Origin: Candidatus Poriferihabitaceae bacterium
Lineage (GTDB): Bacteria; Pseudomonadota; Gammaproteobacteria; Arenicellales; Poriferihabitantaceae
DNA: 64,000 nt
Reading direction: 5' to 3'
Assembly: GCA_965237995.1 (NCBI GenBank)
Contig: CBDEGO010000004.1
Location: 451,780-515,779, forward strand
The position numbers were made by a program, and so were the translations under genes. This document shows positions 34,622-46,843 of the stretch, in pieces. Under the pieces are notes generated by a model that was given only the letters and a program-made list of their open reading frames with translations, was not told the origin of the DNA and searched no databases. Within the stretch, counting starts at the first letter, position 1. Every line of letters begins with the position of its first letter.

Positions 34622-35434
34622 CTAAAACAACGAAGCACTCAATTCGTCAATCGCCTGTAGCATTTCAGGGTCGTCTGTCAATGCTTGGGTAATTGCTCCT
34701 TGGCATGCAGTAACAGGGTCTATTCCGGTTTCTATTAGCTTCGCAGCATGCACTAGTAGGCGCGTACTCGCCCCTTCATCCAAACCATTACCTTTAAGGT
34801 TTCTGGTCATTCGCGCAAACTTCACTAATTGTTTAGCCGTATTGGAATCCACCCGAGATTCCTTTTCAACAATTCCTTGCTCTAGCTCTGCGTCAGGATA
34901 ATCAAACTCAATACCAATGAATCGTTGCCGCGTACTTTGCTTAAGGTCTTTAAGTACGCTTTGATATCCTGGGTTATACGAAATTGCTAAGCAAAACTCG
35001 TCGGACGCTTGCAGCAATTCACCCGTTTTCTCGATCGGTAGTACTCGCCTGTCATCCGCCAAGGGGTGAATCACAACGGTGGTATCTTTACGCGCCTCAA
35101 CCACTTCATCTAAGTAGCAAATGCCGCCAGCCCGCACTGCTCGGGCTAATGGCCCATCCGTCCACTTAGTTTCACCACCAATGATGAGGTAGCGCCCAAC
35201 TAAATCTGAGGAGGTTAGATCATCATGGCAAGACACCGTTATTAGCGGGCGTTTTAATCGCCAAGCCATATGCTCCATAAAGCGGCTCTTGCCACAACCT
35301 GTAGGCCCTTTGAGTAGAACAGGAATGCCATTTTTATAAGCGGCTTCGAACAGCTCAATTTCGTCACCCTGCGCCGAGTAAAATGGCTCGTCGGCAATCA
35401 TATAAGCATCAACACCGCTTTGTTTGGTTGTCAT
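34622..35434 (-). CDS. CbbQ/NirQ/NorQ/GpvN-family MoxR-type AAA+ ATPase
   Basis: [45 protein letters not shown] and [21 protein letters not shown] closely match the CbbQ/NorQ proteins I recall. I chose the start at MTTKQ. Confidence 0.8.
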   Translation of the reverse strand: MTTKQSGVDAYMIADEPFYSAQGDEIELFEAAYKNGIPVLLKGPTGCGKSRFMEHMAWRLKRPLITVSCHDDLTSSDLVGRYLIIGGETKWTDGPLARAVRAGGICYLDEVVEARKDTTVVIHPLADDRRVLPIEKTGELLQASDEFCLAISYNPGYQSVLKDLKQSTRQRFIGIEFDYPDAELEQGIVEKESRVDSNTAKQLVKFARMTRNLKGNGLDEGASTRLLVHAAKLIETGIDPVTACQGAITQALTDDPEMLQAIDELSASLF

Positions 35435-35754
35435 CACTACTGAATTTATCAAGAACAAGTAAGCGTGAATAATAGGTTTTAGTGCTGTCAAAAGCCACCT
35501 GAAACTGATGTCTAAATTAACTTAGCACCATAACCATTCGTGAAATACTCAGTACTTTGAAAAACCTACGATTAAGTATTAAAGACCGAAATGAGGCAAT
35601 GGCACCCTATTGCATAGCCCATCGAAATCAGAAAGTTCCGGCAGCGGCTACAGCTCATAGCATTGAGAGAACAGACTAAATCTTCCAAAATAGCTTGATT
35701 AATTACTTTCACCCCGCACCTTAAGCATTCACTAGAAGAAGATTGACTCTAAGC

Positions 35755-36141
35755 ATGAGTAACGTTATTGAACTAACCCAAGAAAACTTCTCTGAAGTTA
35801 TTGATGGAAACAAAATCGTCATCGTTGATTTTTGGGCACCTTGGTGTGGCCCATGTAAGTCATTTGCGCCCACTTTTGAAGCTGCCGCGGAAAAAAATGA
35901 CGGCATCGTATTTGCCAAGGTGAATACAGAAGACCAGCAAGAGTTAGGAGCGATGTTTCAAATTCGTTCTATTCCAACTCTTATGGTCTTTAAAGAGCAA
36001 ATCGTTGTGTTCTCTCAACCAGGGGCCATGCCTGCTTCTGGCCTTGATGAGTTAGTCGCAAACGCAGCTGGACTAGATATGGACATGGTACGCGAACAAA
36101 TCGCAGCAAAAGACGCTGAGAACGTTAAGGAAAGTGCATAG
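35755..36141 (+). CDS. Thioredoxin (with a C-terminal extension of about 20 aa)
   Basis: The active site reads FWAPWCGPCK. I chose the ATG at 35755 (MSNVIEL...) over the TTG at 35743. Confidence 0.9.
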   Translation: MSNVIELTQENFSEVIDGNKIVIVDFWAPWCGPCKSFAPTFEAAAEKNDGIVFAKVNTEDQQELGAMFQIRSIPTLMVFKEQIVVFSQPGAMPASGLDELVANAAGLDMDMVREQIAAKDAENVKESA

Positions 36142-36220
36142 TTAATCCGAGCTACGGTCAGAAGATAGTTGGCTAACTTCCTTCCGCCCCTAGGTGGAAT
36201 ATAAGTAAATATGAACTAGG

Positions 36221-36586
36221 CTAAGCGAAGAATATAACGCCTAGCCAAATCACCAAAAATAGCATCATTGCCATAAACACAGCCGCTGAGCCCATGTCCT
36301 TAGCGGCGCCGCTCAAAGGGTGGACTTCGTCACTCACTCTGTCTACCACTGCTTCAATTCCAGAGTTAAGCAATTCTGTCACTAACACTAAAAAAGCAGG
36401 TATTAATAGCAATAGCACCTGCTCAGTGGAATCTCCAATCCAACAAGCTGCAGCAACTACAAATGGCAATAACCAGCATTCTTCTCTAAATGCGGCTTCG
36501 TGCGTGTAGGCATACTTAAGCCCTTGCCATGAATAACCCGCCGCGTCGATAATTCGCGGTAAGCCCTTTTTGCCCGGTTTTGGCAT
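36221..36586 (-). CDS. dgkA: Diacylglycerol kinase
   Basis: 121 aa with 3 TM segments. The N-terminus RIIDAAGYSWQGLKYAYTHEAAFREE is typical of DgkA. Confidence 0.9.
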   Translation of the reverse strand: MPKPGKKGLPRIIDAAGYSWQGLKYAYTHEAAFREECWLLPFVVAAACWIGDSTEQVLLLLIPAFLVLVTELLNSGIEAVVDRVSDEVHPLSGAAKDMGSAAVFMAMMLFLVIWLGVIFFA

Positions 36587-36597
36587 AATATTATTAT

Positions 36598-37416
36598 CTA
36601 GTTATTGTAAGCGCTAAGATAGCAAATCCACGCGGCATCTGCATCTCCCATCTTGCTCTCTTGATATAGACCATTGCCTTCACCTGTTTGCTTATCTGTA
36701 CCCTCCCAGTAGACTTTAACTTGCTCAAAACCTGCTTCTATTAATAGCTCTTGCAATTCAGGAAGTGTCCACAGACGCCAAGCATAGCTAAAAGCCTTAT
36801 CTATCCTTGAGCCATCTTTAAACTCAAAATGAATATAGCACTGCATTGCACCACTAATTGGGTTGTAACTCGCCTGTTCCCAAATATACGTATATGAAAG
36901 CCCTCCGTATTCACATTCAGTTTCTTCGATGATCTCCTTATAAGATTCATATCCGCCGTAGGCATCAATAAATAACACGCCATCTTCACTAAGAGAATGC
37001 CGTACGCTGTTAAAGTAGCCCCTTAAAGAATCTCGCGTATCAAATAACTGATAACTGAAATTCATCGCTAAAATAATTTGCGCTGGCTCCAACTCCACCA
37101 CCTTAACGTCGTCGCACTGCAAATGCAGGCTTGAAGCTTGGTCTTGGGCTAAACTGCTTAAATGGTTCTTGCGCGACCAAGCTAATACGGCTGGATCGTT
37201 ATCTACCCCTATGGCCATATTTGTAGGACGCCGCTTTACCCATTCAATACTGGTCTGTGCGGTGCCGCAGAAGTCTTCACGCAACAACTCCGCTTGGTAA
37301 CCGCGAATGCGCTTAAAAGTAGCGTCTACCATATCAATTTCAGCTTCGACACATTGCACCGCCGCTTCATAAAGATGATGCTTGTCTACGGTATCTGCAA
37401 TTGATTTCGCTATCAT
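36598..37416 (-). CDS. Class I SAM-dependent methyltransferase
   Basis: 272 aa. LREDFCGTA is a motif I variant, with DNDP following it. The overall layout fits a methyltransferase fold. Confidence 0.65.
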   Translation of the reverse strand: MIAKSIADTVDKHHLYEAAVQCVEAEIDMVDATFKRIRGYQAELLREDFCGTAQTSIEWVKRRPTNMAIGVDNDPAVLAWSRKNHLSSLAQDQASSLHLQCDDVKVVELEPAQIILAMNFSYQLFDTRDSLRGYFNSVRHSLSEDGVLFIDAYGGYESYKEIIEETECEYGGLSYTYIWEQASYNPISGAMQCYIHFEFKDGSRIDKAFSYAWRLWTLPELQELLIEAGFEQVKVYWEGTDKQTGEGNGLYQESKMGDADAAWICYLSAYNN

Positions 37417-37447
37417 GCAGACAGGCTATGTTTACAGCAGACCACTG

Positions 37448-38713
37448 TTAGCTATGAATATGGCTCCACGCACGGTAAGCCCGCATGTGTCCGATGGGTT
37501 CATGTACACGAATAACGTCTACACCTTGCGCACACAAAGCCATACTCACGCCTAAGGTTTCGAGATCTCTGTCGCCATAATTAATTTTGGCGAACCCGTT
37601 CATAAATGACTTACGTGAATGGCCTACCAATAGTCGATGCCCTAATTGACGCAGCGCAGCGCAACTTCTAAGTAACTGCTGGTTTTGCAAATTGGTTTTA
37701 CCAAAACCAATACCTGGGTCAAACAACATGTCATTACTATTCATTCCCGCGGCGTTCCATTGCCGTTGCTTCTGCGTTAGCCAATCACTTAGCTGGTCTA
37801 CACTATCTTTGGTAGGGTCTAAGTGATCGCTGGGAATAACTGGCACGCTGGTACTGTGCATCGCCACAGCCTGAATGTTGTTGTCCATCACTAGTTGTTG
37901 CAATTTCGCGTTGTTAAGCCCGGTTACATCATTAAGCCAGTTCATCCCGTAAGCGAGCGCTTTTTGTGCCACTTCAACATGTCGCGTATCAATAGAAATA
38001 AGAGGCTTAAAATAGTGTGGGTCTATCAACTCTTTGATCATAGCTAAAGCAGGTTGCAGCCTCTGCCACTCTTCATTCGGTGTCAGCGCTTGTGCATTTG
38101 GCCGAGTTGACTCCGCCCCAATATCGAACAGCTGGACACCTTCTTCGATCCAATCACAGAGCTTTTGTTGTAGCGCATCTTGGTCGTCAGAAACGCCTCC
38201 GTCAGAAAATGAATCCGGCGTTACATTGACGATACCCATCCATAACGGAATGGGGGTAAGTTCTAAGCTATGTTGGTAAATGGTTTTTCCCTCAACCAAC
38301 AAACTAGGATTTAAATGCAACAAAGGTGTTATCACAAAAGGGCGCTGCAAGCAGGCCAAATGCGGAATGTTTAGGCCTTCCGTACTCACTGAAACACCCT
38401 CCCAGACCAGAATATCAATATCAATCGGCCTCGGTGACCATTGTGACGCATTCAAATCACGCCCGCATTGCGCTTCAATTTGCTTAACCAAACGCAGTAG
38501 TTGCTCGGGGGAATGCTCGCACTGCCCTTGTATCGCTAAATTTAAAAAGGGCTTATTCCATTTTGGGTCTGCATCGGGCTTTAACCAAGCTGGAGATTCA
38601 ACGATTGGCGAAACCTGCGTGACCACAAACTTCTGCTGCTTTAGCAATTCTATCGCTTTAGCTAAGTTCTTTTTACGATCGCCCTGATTAGAACCTAATC
38701 CTAAATAAATCAC
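37448..38713 (-). CDS. folKP: Bifunctional HPPK-DHPS (FolK-FolP fusion)
   Basis: The N-terminal HPPK part has YLGLGSNQGD and PRPIDIDIL. The C-terminal DHPS part has MGIVNVTPDSFSDGG, DIGAESTRP, SIDT, DPGIGFGK and GHSRKSF. Confidence 0.85.
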   Translation of the reverse strand: MIYLGLGSNQGDRKKNLAKAIELLKQQKFVVTQVSPIVESPAWLKPDADPKWNKPFLNLAIQGQCEHSPEQLLRLVKQIEAQCGRDLNASQWSPRPIDIDILVWEGVSVSTEGLNIPHLACLQRPFVITPLLHLNPSLLVEGKTIYQHSLELTPIPLWMGIVNVTPDSFSDGGVSDDQDALQQKLCDWIEEGVQLFDIGAESTRPNAQALTPNEEWQRLQPALAMIKELIDPHYFKPLISIDTRHVEVAQKALAYGMNWLNDVTGLNNAKLQQLVMDNNIQAVAMHSTSVPVIPSDHLDPTKDSVDQLSDWLTQKQRQWNAAGMNSNDMLFDPGIGFGKTNLQNQQLLRSCAALRQLGHRLLVGHSRKSFMNGFAKINYGDRDLETLGVSMALCAQGVDVIRVHEPIGHMRAYRAWSHIHS

Positions 38714-38843
38714 GACTGTAGCTTTTCGCGTGCACTACTTTGGATGTCCGTTTTCGAACACTGGGTAGCACCAACGCACTTATCAGCCAAGCCTGCTGCA
38801 ATTTGATCATGTTTATCTAGCTTTAATCGCTCAATATTCACGT

Positions 38844-39899
38844 CTAGTTACGCTGCGAATAGGCGTGCACCTCATCCACCATTGCTTTTACATTTTCAGG
38901 GTCAATGCCTGGATGAATGCCATGGCCCAAATTAAAAATATGGCCATCACCTGCCCCGAAATCATCTAATACCTTCCTGACTTCTTTTCGCACCGTATCT
39001 GGGCCTGCGTATAACACTGTTGGGTCCATATTGCCTTGCAAAGCCACACCGGCACCCAGTCTTGATCTCGCATTTGCGAGTGGTGTCGTCCAATCTAAAC
39101 TCAGGGCATCACAACCTGTTGCAGCAATGGATTCTAGCCACTGACCACCGCCTTTAGTAAACAGCACGATTGGAGTTGATTGCGTAATAGGGTCGCTTTT
39201 TAAAGCCTGCACAATTTGCCGCATGTAAGACAAAGAAAACTCTTGATAACACGTAGTGGACAACAGCCCTCCCCAAGTATCAAAAACCATAAGGGCCTGC
39301 GCACCCGCCACAACCTGCGCTTTTAAATAACTAATGACCGCTTCAGTTACTTTACCTAACAATTTATTCGCCGCAGTCGGCTCTTTAAAGATCATACCTT
39401 TGGCATATTTGAAGTCTTTACTGCTACCGCCTTCAACCATGTAAGTCATCAATGTCCACGGGCTGCCCGTAAAACCTATGAGCGGCACCTTATCATTTAA
39501 TTCATGCCGAATGAGCTTGACTGCATCAAACACATAAGCCAGCTCACTATCTACGTCGAGTTTAGCTAAGGCATCTATCTGCTTAGTCGAACGGATAGGG
39601 TCAGAAAATACAGGGCCTACACCTTCATTGAGAGACAAGCCCAAGCCCATAGCATCGGGAATAGTCAGAATATCTGAGAATAAAATAGCCGCGTCTAACT
39701 CAAAACGTTCAAGCGGTTGCAAGGTGACCTCACAGGCCAATTCTGGGGTTTTGCACAGTGTTAGAAAGTCTCCGGCTTTTTCTCTGGTTGCGCGATACTC
39801 AGGTAAATACCGACCTGCTTGGCGCATCATCCATACGGGTGTGCAGTCTACTGGCTCGCAAGCTAACGCTTTTAAAAAGCGGTCATTTTTTACTGTCAT
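38844..39899 (-). CDS. hemE: Uroporphyrinogen decarboxylase
   Basis: The signature [16 protein letters not shown] is present. 351 aa. Confidence 0.95.
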   Translation of the reverse strand: MTVKNDRFLKALACEPVDCTPVWMMRQAGRYLPEYRATREKAGDFLTLCKTPELACEVTLQPLERFELDAAILFSDILTIPDAMGLGLSLNEGVGPVFSDPIRSTKQIDALAKLDVDSELAYVFDAVKLIRHELNDKVPLIGFTGSPWTLMTYMVEGGSSKDFKYAKGMIFKEPTAANKLLGKVTEAVISYLKAQVVAGAQALMVFDTWGGLLSTTCYQEFSLSYMRQIVQALKSDPITQSTPIVLFTKGGGQWLESIAATGCDALSLDWTTPLANARSRLGAGVALQGNMDPTVLYAGPDTVRKEVRKVLDDFGAGDGHIFNLGHGIHPGIDPENVKAMVDEVHAYSQRN

Positions 39900-39918
39900 T
39901 TTAACAAACCGATAAAAG

Positions 39919-41373
39919 TTAGCGCGGGAGTTGACTATCGCCCATTAAATAAACATCTACCGAGCGCGCAGCCTGCCGCCCTTCACGGATTGCCCACACA
40001 ACCAAAGACTGCCCTCTACGAGTGTCTCCAGTCGCAAATACGCCTTCGACTGACGAATGATAGGCCAGTTCTCCTTCTGTGCTGGCTTCGACATTGCCGC
40101 GACCATCAAAGTTCACGTCCAATTCTTTTAACATACCCGCTTGTACCGGGTGTACAAACCCCATCGCCAAGGTCACTAAATCAGCCTTAATTTCAAACTC
40201 GGACCCCGCTATTTCAGACATTTGCCAAGCGCCTTTATCGTCTTGCTTCCAATCTACCTTGACGCAATCGACGTGCGTTAATTGTCCTTTTTCATTACCG
40301 ACGAAACGCTTGGTTAAGATGCCCCACATACGCTCGCAGCCTTCTTCTTGTGATGAAGAAGTGCGCATCTTATTCGGCCAATCAGGCCAGACTAGCCCTT
40401 TATCTTCTTGCTCTGGAGGCTGTGGCATTATTTCAATTTGCGTGATGCTTGCTGCGCCGTGACGTCCCGACGTACCTATGCAATCCGACCCAGTATCACC
40501 ACCACCAATCACTAACACGTGCTTATCTTTAGCAGAAATGACCTGCTCGGCCGCGTTATCATCTCCCTGCACCCAAGCAGTGTTACGACGTAAGAAGTCC
40601 ATGGCGAAATGAACGCCATTTAAATCACGGCCTTCAATAGGTAGGTCACGCGGTTTTTCTGAACCACTCGCCAATACGATTGCGTCAAACTTGCGCCATA
40701 GCTTCCACACGGGCAGATCGACGCCCACATGGGTGTTGGTATGAAAATGTACGCCTTCGCGGCGCATCTGACTCATCCGCCGATCTATTACCGCTTTATC
40801 TAATTTGAAATCAGGGATGCCGTAGCGTAATAAGCCACCAATTCTCGCTTGTTTTTCATAGACATCAACTTGATGTCCAGCGCGCGCTAACTGCTGCGCA
40901 CAAGCCAAGCCCGCTGGGCCTGACCCAATAATCGCAACACGCTTTCCGCTACGGTGTTTTGCAATGCGCGGCTCAACCCAATTATTTTCCCACCCTTTTT
41001 CAATAATGGCTTGTTCAATCGTCTTAATTGTTACAGGCTCATTAGTGATATTCAGTGTGCACGACTCCTGACAGGGCGCAGGACAAATGCGACCCGTGAA
41101 TTCAGGAAAATTGTTAGTTGAATGTAACTGATCTAATGCCTCTCGCCATTGACCGTTGTAGACTAAATCATTCCAATCAGGGATTTGGTTATCTACTGGG
41201 CAACCCGTATGGCAATAAGGTATACCGCAATCCATACAGCGTGCACCCTGCGCTGAGACTTCTTCATCTGAAAAGTTGATTACAAACTCTTTAAAGTGTT
41301 TTAGCCGCTCGTCAACAGGGGCGTAACCACGCTCGTTTCGCGGTATTTCGATAAATCCGGTTGGCTTTCCCAT
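39919..41373 (-). CDS. gltD: Glutamate synthase small subunit
   Basis: An N-terminal Fe-S Cys cluster (CMDCGIPYC) and dinucleotide folds ([24 protein letters not shown]). It abuts gltB. Confidence 0.95.
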   Translation of the reverse strand: MGKPTGFIEIPRNERGYAPVDERLKHFKEFVINFSDEEVSAQGARCMDCGIPYCHTGCPVDNQIPDWNDLVYNGQWREALDQLHSTNNFPEFTGRICPAPCQESCTLNITNEPVTIKTIEQAIIEKGWENNWVEPRIAKHRSGKRVAIIGSGPAGLACAQQLARAGHQVDVYEKQARIGGLLRYGIPDFKLDKAVIDRRMSQMRREGVHFHTNTHVGVDLPVWKLWRKFDAIVLASGSEKPRDLPIEGRDLNGVHFAMDFLRRNTAWVQGDDNAAEQVISAKDKHVLVIGGGDTGSDCIGTSGRHGAASITQIEIMPQPPEQEDKGLVWPDWPNKMRTSSSQEEGCERMWGILTKRFVGNEKGQLTHVDCVKVDWKQDDKGAWQMSEIAGSEFEIKADLVTLAMGFVHPVQAGMLKELDVNFDGRGNVEASTEGELAYHSSVEGVFATGDTRRGQSLVVWAIREGRQAARSVDVYLMGDSQLPR

Positions 41374-44300
41374 TACACACCCTCCTTAACTGGAGCATCT
41401 GAGAGCGAAGCTTGCGCCCGTTCTAACAATGCACGTTTATAATCTATCGGCATCACCTTGATGAACTGCTGTTTTGACTCTTGCCAGTTATCCAAAATGC
41501 GGCTAGCAACTGGGCTATTGGTATAATTTTTATGACGCAAAATAAGGTGCTTCAAGCGGTTTTCATCAAACCGCGTTAGCTCCTCAGCCACTTGCTGATC
41601 ACTCGCCTCTTGGAACTGCATATCAGCAAGTGATTCAAGCTCTACCATTTCCGTGTTACATCGAGACTTAAACAAACCAGATTGGTCGAAAACATAAGCC
41701 ATACCACCAGACATACCGGCAGCAAAGTTTCGACCCGTTTCGCCCAAACAAACCATAATGCCACCTGTCATGTATTCACAGCCATGGTCACCAACGCCTT
41801 CTACTACAGCCGTTGCTCCTGAGTTGCGTACACAAAAACGTTCACCGGCTACGCCGTTGAAGTAAGCTTCTCCAGCAATCGCACCGTATAGCACGGTATT
41901 ACCTACGATAATATTTTCTTCGGGTTTGGTAATGGCGCACTGGGCATTAGGGTAAATAATGATGCGGCCACCAGACAAGCCTTTGCCAACATAATCGTTA
42001 CCTTCACCCTCAAGTTCGATAGTTACGCCTCGCGCAAGCCAAGCCGCAAGTGACTGGCCCGCTCTACCCTGCGCCTTGATGTGAATAGTATCGTCAGCCA
42101 AGCCTTTGTGGCCGTATCGCTTAGCCACTTCGCCAGAAATCATCGCTCCGATAGTACGATTGTAATTATGCACTTGAGTTTGTATTTGCACGGGCGTGCC
42201 ATTTTCAAGTGCATCTTGTGCTTGCTTAATTAATGTATGATCTAACGCTTTGTCTAAACCGTGATCTTGGTCGATTTCGCGGCGAATACCGATAGAATCG
42301 TCAACCTTTGGCTTAGTAAGCAAACGAGTAAAGTCCAAACCTTGTGCTTTCCAGTGGTTGATCGCTTTGCGAGAATCAAGGCATTGAAATTGCCCGGTCA
42401 TTTCGTCCATTGTGCGAAACCCAAGTTTCGCCATCAGCTCACGCACTTCTTCGGCCACGAAGAAAAAGTAATTAACCACATGTTCTGGTTGCCCTGTAAA
42501 ACGTTTACGTAATTCGGGATCTTGCGTCGCCACGCCAACAGGGCAAGTATTTAGATGACACTTACGCATCATAATGCAGCCTTCTGCAATCAGCGGCGCA
42601 GTTGCAAAACCAAATTCATCAGCGCCTAACAAAGCGCCAATCACCACATCTCTTCCGGTTCGAATGCCACCGTCTACTTGCACTGCAATTCGATTGCGTA
42701 GATTATTCATGACCAAGGTTTGATGCGTCTCAGATAGGCCGATCTCCCATGGCGAACCTGCGTGTTTAATTGACGTTAATGGGCTTGCGCCTGTCCCTCC
42801 GTCATAGCCCGCGATGGTGACATGGTCAGCATGTGCCTTAGACACGCCAGCCGCCACAGTGCCCACACCAACCTCTGAAACCAACTTAACGGAGATGCGC
42901 GCCTGTGGATTGACGTTTTTTAAATCGTGAATTAGTTGCGCTAAGTCTTCTATCGAATAAATATCGTGATGCGGAGGCGGTGAAATCAAACCTACTCCTG
43001 GAGTTGAATGACGCACATTAGCGATGCGTTGGTCGACTTTATGGCCAGGCAATTGTCCACCTTCGCCAGGCTTTGCACCTTGCGCCATCTTGATTTGAAT
43101 ATCGTCGGCGTTGACTAAATATTCTGTTGTCACACCAAATCTTCCAGAGGCAACTTGCTTGATCGCTGAGCGCTCCGGATTGGGTGAGCCATCTTTAAGC
43201 GGATTAAAACGCGCTGCTTCCTCACCGCCTTCACCCGTATTCGAGCGCCCTCCAATCTGATTCATTGCAACCGCCAGCGTTGAATGCGCTTCGTAAGAAA
43301 TGGAACCAAAAGACATAGCTCCCGTTGAAAAACGCTTTACGATTTCTTGCGCCGATTCAACTTCGTCCAATGAAACCGGCTTTGGTGCATAGTTGAACTT
43401 AAACAAGCCACGCAAATTAAGCATACGCGCCTGTTGCTCATTCATCTGCTTGGAAAACGCCTTAAAGCTACTCCAGTCATTACCGCGCACTGCGTGCTGC
43501 AACGCTGAAACTGATTCAGGCGTCCAAGCATGTTGCTCGCCACGTAAACGCATAGCGTAATCGCCACCGACGTCGAGATGCTTGCTGTAAATTGGGTTGT
43601 GGCTATAGGCATTTTGATGCCATTGGAAGGTTTCTTGTGCAATTTCTTCTAGGCCAGCGCCCTCTACGGTGGTCGCGGTGCCAGTGAAATACTTAGCGAC
43701 AAACTCAGTTGACAAACCAATTGCATCAAATATTTGCGCTCCGCAATAGGACTGATAGGTAGAAATACCCATCTTTGACATCACTTTCTTTAATCCTTTA
43801 CCTAATGCTTTGATGTAACGATCACGTGCGTCTTCAAAGCTGAGTTCTTTGGTTAAGTTACCCAGTTCCGACTGAATGGTGTCTAGTGCTAGATAGGGGT
43901 TAATCGCTTCTGCTCCATAACCTGCCAGCGTCGCAAAATGATGCACTTCGATCGCTGCCCCGGTTTCAACCACCAAACCAGTTTGTGTGCGCAAACCCTT
44001 TCGAATTAAATGATGATGTACCGCTGCCGTTGCGAGTAAAGAAGGAATCGCGATGTGATCACTGTCAAGCCAACGATCAGACAAAATAAGAATATTATTA
44101 CCTTTGAGCACCAGCGACTCAGCCTTTCTACAAATGGCGCCTAAGGCAGGCTTCATCCCTGCTGAGCCTTTGTCTGCAGGATAGCAAATATCTATTGTGC
44201 GAGTTAAAAAAGCATCCGTTCGGTCTTCAATCTTACGAATTGCTTCTAGTTCACTATTAGTTAGTATCGGCTGACGTACTTCCAAGCGCATCGACTTTCC

Positions 44301-45971
44301 ACCCGAATCGCGATCAAGCAAATTAGGACGCGGCCCGATTAGCGATACTAAAGACATCACAACATCTTCACGTATCGGATCGATAGGCGGGTTGGTGACT
44401 TGCGCGAAGTTTTGCTTAAAGTAAGTGGACAGGTGCTTTGACTTGGAAGACAACACAGAAGGTGGCACGTCTGTTCCCATTGAACCGGTGGCTTCCATCC
44501 CAGTTTCCAGCATAGGCCGTAGCAAAAATTTGACGTCCTCTTGCGTGTAACCAAATGCTTGTTGCGTATTCAACAGCGTTTTTTTGCCCGGTGCCATGGC
44601 ACCCACCACGCTTGGCAATTGGTGAACATTCATTTGTGCTTGATCTAACCAATCTTGAAACGGTTGAGACTGAGCCAAATCCGACTTAAGTTCACTGTCA
44701 TCGACAATCCGACCTTGCTCCAAGTCGATTAAAAACATTTTGCCCGGTTGTAAGCGCCATTTCTTTACGATTTTTTCTTCAGGTATATCCAATACGCCAA
44801 CTTCAGAGGCCATCACGCACAAGTCGTCATCTGTAATGATGTATCGTGCTGGACGTAAGCCATTTCGGTCTAAGGTTGCACCAATTTGACGCCCGTCAGT
44901 AAACGCCACAGCGGCTGGTCCATCCCATGGTTCCATTAACGCAGCATGGTATTCATAAAAGGCGCGCAGATCTTTATCCATCAACGGATTATTCGACCAT
45001 GCTTCCGGAATCAACATCATCATCGCATGGGTAAGAGAATAACCCGACAAGGTTAATAGCTCTAGGGTATTGTCAAAACACGCTGAATCAGATTGACTAT
45101 CGTCAATCAACGGCCACACTTTTTCTAGATCATCACCGAATAGATCGCTTGCCATAGAGTGACGACGTGCCGCCATCCAGTTCTTATTACCACGAACCGT
45201 ATTAATTTCACCATTATGCGCGATCATCCTGTAAGGATGCGATAACTGCCACGTCGGAAATGTATTGGTAGAAAATCGCTGATGCACCAACGCCATCGCA
45301 GACACCACACTTGAGTCGAGTAAATCAACGTAGTATTCACCCACCTGATCGGCCATTAATAAGCCTTTATAATTGACAGTGCGAGATGAAAATGAGGTGA
45401 AATAGACTTGATTGCTCCCGGACCAGTTGGCTGTACGTAACTGGTTTTCAATCAGCTTGCGAACCACAAATATTTTTCTCTCAAACGCATCTTGATCAAT
45501 ACAATGATCTGCGCGACCTACAAATAATTGTTTGATGCTGGGCTCAGTTGGTTTTACCGACTCACCAAGCCCTTCGTTCTCAACCGGCACTTCACGCCAA
45601 CCCAATAGTGTTTGGCCTTCATCAATGACCACTTTTTCAATGAGCTCCTGCGCCAAGGCTTGCTCTTCGGCATCTTTAGGCAAGAATACAAAACCAACCG
45701 CATACTCACCTAATTTAGGCAGTGCAAAATCTGTATTAGATCGAAAGAACGTATCAGGAAGCTGAATTAAGATTCCAGCACCATCACCTGCTTTTGGGTC
45801 AGCGCCTACCGCTCCGCGGTGCTCAATGCGCTTTAGGATATCTAAGCCCATGCTAACAATATCATGAGTTTGGTTTCCCTTAATGTTAGCAACAAAGCCA
45901 ACACCACAAGCGTCGTGTTCGTTAGCGGGATCGTATAGACCTTGTTTAGATGGAAGACCGTACTGGCTCAT
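41373..45971 (-). CDS. gltB: Glutamate synthase large subunit
   Basis: Ntn-amidotransferase N-terminus EHDACGVGF, followed by FMN/3Fe-4S and GXGXG domains. About 1532 aa. I chose the ATG at 45971, which has AGG 6 nt upstream. Confidence 0.95.
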   Translation of the reverse strand: MSQYGLPSKQGLYDPANEHDACGVGFVANIKGNQTHDIVSMGLDILKRIEHRGAVGADPKAGDGAGILIQLPDTFFRSNTDFALPKLGEYAVGFVFLPKDAEEQALAQELIEKVVIDEGQTLLGWREVPVENEGLGESVKPTEPSIKQLFVGRADHCIDQDAFERKIFVVRKLIENQLRTANWSGSNQVYFTSFSSRTVNYKGLLMADQVGEYYVDLLDSSVVSAMALVHQRFSTNTFPTWQLSHPYRMIAHNGEINTVRGNKNWMAARRHSMASDLFGDDLEKVWPLIDDSQSDSACFDNTLELLTLSGYSLTHAMMMLIPEAWSNNPLMDKDLRAFYEYHAALMEPWDGPAAVAFTDGRQIGATLDRNGLRPARYIITDDDLCVMASEVGVLDIPEEKIVKKWRLQPGKMFLIDLEQGRIVDDSELKSDLAQSQPFQDWLDQAQMNVHQLPSVVGAMAPGKKTLLNTQQAFGYTQEDVKFLLRPMLETGMEATGSMGTDVPPSVLSSKSKHLSTYFKQNFAQVTNPPIDPIREDVVMSLVSLIGPRPNLLDRDSGGKSMRLEVRQPILTNSELEAIRKIEDRTDAFLTRTIDICYPADKGSAGMKPALGAICRKAESLVLKGNNILILSDRWLDSDHIAIPSLLATAAVHHHLIRKGLRTQTGLVVETGAAIEVHHFATLAGYGAEAINPYLALDTIQSELGNLTKELSFEDARDRYIKALGKGLKKVMSKMGISTYQSYCGAQIFDAIGLSTEFVAKYFTGTATTVEGAGLEEIAQETFQWHQNAYSHNPIYSKHLDVGGDYAMRLRGEQHAWTPESVSALQHAVRGNDWSSFKAFSKQMNEQQARMLNLRGLFKFNYAPKPVSLDEVESAQEIVKRFSTGAMSFGSISYEAHSTLAVAMNQIGGRSNTGEGGEEAARFNPLKDGSPNPERSAIKQVASGRFGVTTEYLVNADDIQIKMAQGAKPGEGGQLPGHKVDQRIANVRHSTPGVGLISPPPHHDIYSIEDLAQLIHDLKNVNPQARISVKLVSEVGVGTVAAGVSKAHADHVTIAGYDGGTGASPLTSIKHAGSPWEIGLSETHQTLVMNNLRNRIAVQVDGGIRTGRDVVIGALLGADEFGFATAPLIAEGCIMMRKCHLNTCPVGVATQDPELRKRFTGQPEHVVNYFFFVAEEVRELMAKLGFRTMDEMTGQFQCLDSRKAINHWKAQGLDFTRLLTKPKVDDSIGIRREIDQDHGLDKALDHTLIKQAQDALENGTPVQIQTQVHNYNRTIGAMISGEVAKRYGHKGLADDTIHIKAQGRAGQSLAAWLARGVTIELEGEGNDYVGKGLSGGRIIIYPNAQCAITKPEENIIVGNTVLYGAIAGEAYFNGVAGERFCVRNSGATAVVEGVGDHGCEYMTGGIMVCLGETGRNFAAGMSGGMAYVFDQSGLFKSRCNTEMVELESLADMQFQEASDQQVAEELTRFDENRLKHLILRHKNYTNSPVASRILDNWQESKQQFIKVMPIDYKRALLERAQASLSDAPVKEGV

Positions 45972-46082
45972 GGATAACCTCATTATTCTTTTAAGTGACG
46001 TGAAGCTGGGCTTTATAAATACTGTTCAGCTTAACATTCAGCCGTGATGCCCAACGCACCGTTCACCCTATTTAACTGCGAT

Positions 46083-46106
46083 AAAAAAGGCCGTCCTGAG
46101 ACGGCC
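46083..46106 (-). terminator. Rho-independent terminator
   Basis: On the minus strand, stem GGCCGTC, loop TCAG, stem GACGGCC, then TTTTTT. It lies immediately downstream of the 46131-46508 gene. Confidence 0.8.
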
Positions 46107-46130
46107 TTTAAAATTTGTTTTTCGGACCGC

Positions 46131-46508
46131 CTACTGGCTAGGCACTAATTTAGGATTCCAGAACAATTGCCCTTTATCCTTAATTTCTCTATTAATTTCT
46201 TTTCGGGTCCAATCGCGAATCTGATCGCTGTAACCCTCTTTCATCACTCTTAAGCGAAAGGCACCCGCCTTTTTAAACTGCTTTTTAGATATTCTACGCT
46301 TAATATCGATTGGTGTTTTCCCAAGGAATACCCAATCGGTACCCGCACCTTTGGCAGGACGTTGAATTTGGTAAGTCACATAAGCACCGAGTGGGTCAGA
46401 TTGCACCACCACAGGCACGCTTTTTGTACCTCCACAAGCTACCAGAAAACTACCAAGGAACAGCAGTATTAAAACTTTCGTATATTTAACCATGTTAGAC
46501 AGTTGCAC
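46131..46508 (-). CDS. PEGA-like lipoprotein (hypothetical)
   Basis: Lipobox FLVACGG. VVVQSDPLGAYVTY...FLGKTPIDIK...KEGYSD resembles a PEGA domain. It is paralogous to the upstream ORF. Confidence 0.5.
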   Translation of the reverse strand: MQLSNMVKYTKVLILLFLGSFLVACGGTKSVPVVVQSDPLGAYVTYQIQRPAKGAGTDWVFLGKTPIDIKRRISKKQFKKAGAFRLRVMKEGYSDQIRDWTRKEINREIKDKGQLFWNPKLVPSQ

Positions 46509-46516
46509 CTTTTAAA

Positions 46517-46843
46517 TTAATTGAGCTTTTCTAGGTTCATTTCAATCGACTGCGCGTTTTTAATCGCCGCATCACGCGTCTTATATCTGAGTGAAACCCA
46601 AAATGATGTTGTTTTATCAGCGTAACCGTCTTTTTGGACGCGAATGTTAACAAACTTTCGTTCATCTCCTTCTTTCCAGCGACTAATAAAAGGTGTCACA
46701 CCTAATAGCGTGCCTTCATTAATGTCCACTACTTCAGCCCCACTAGGGTTGGACTCTATCAACGCTGCGCCGTGATGGGCACAACTCGCGAGCCCTAAAA
46801 CGCTAGCTAATAACAAGATTTTCTTTAGTTGGGAAACACCCAT
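46517..46843 (-). CDS. PEGA-like lipoprotein (hypothetical)
   Basis: Lipobox LGLASCA. IESNPSGAEVVDINEGTLLGVTPF...KDGYAD. I chose the start at MGVSQLKK (46843). Confidence 0.5.
   Translation of the reverse strand: MGVSQLKKILLLASVLGLASCAHHGAALIESNPSGAEVVDINEGTLLGVTPFISRWKEGDERKFVNIRVQKDGYADKTTSFWVSLRYKTRDAAIKNAQSIEMNLEKLN

Noticed and set aside
38034-38687. ORFs 38034-38279 and 38280-38687 (+) antisense to folK-folP
   Set aside because: They lie fully inside a gene with complete HPPK and DHPS motifs. Their products are Cys/Ser-rich nonsense.
39990-40462. ORFs 39990-40190 and 40079-40462 (+) antisense to gltD, and several 65-83-aa ORFs within gltB
   Set aside because: They are nested in highly conserved glutamate synthase genes and have no independent signals.
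45972-45983. Upstream ATG at 45983 for gltB
   Set aside because: The second ATG, at 45971, is preceded by AGG at a suitable distance, and it yields the usual short N-terminus before the catalytic Cys. The difference is only 4 codons.
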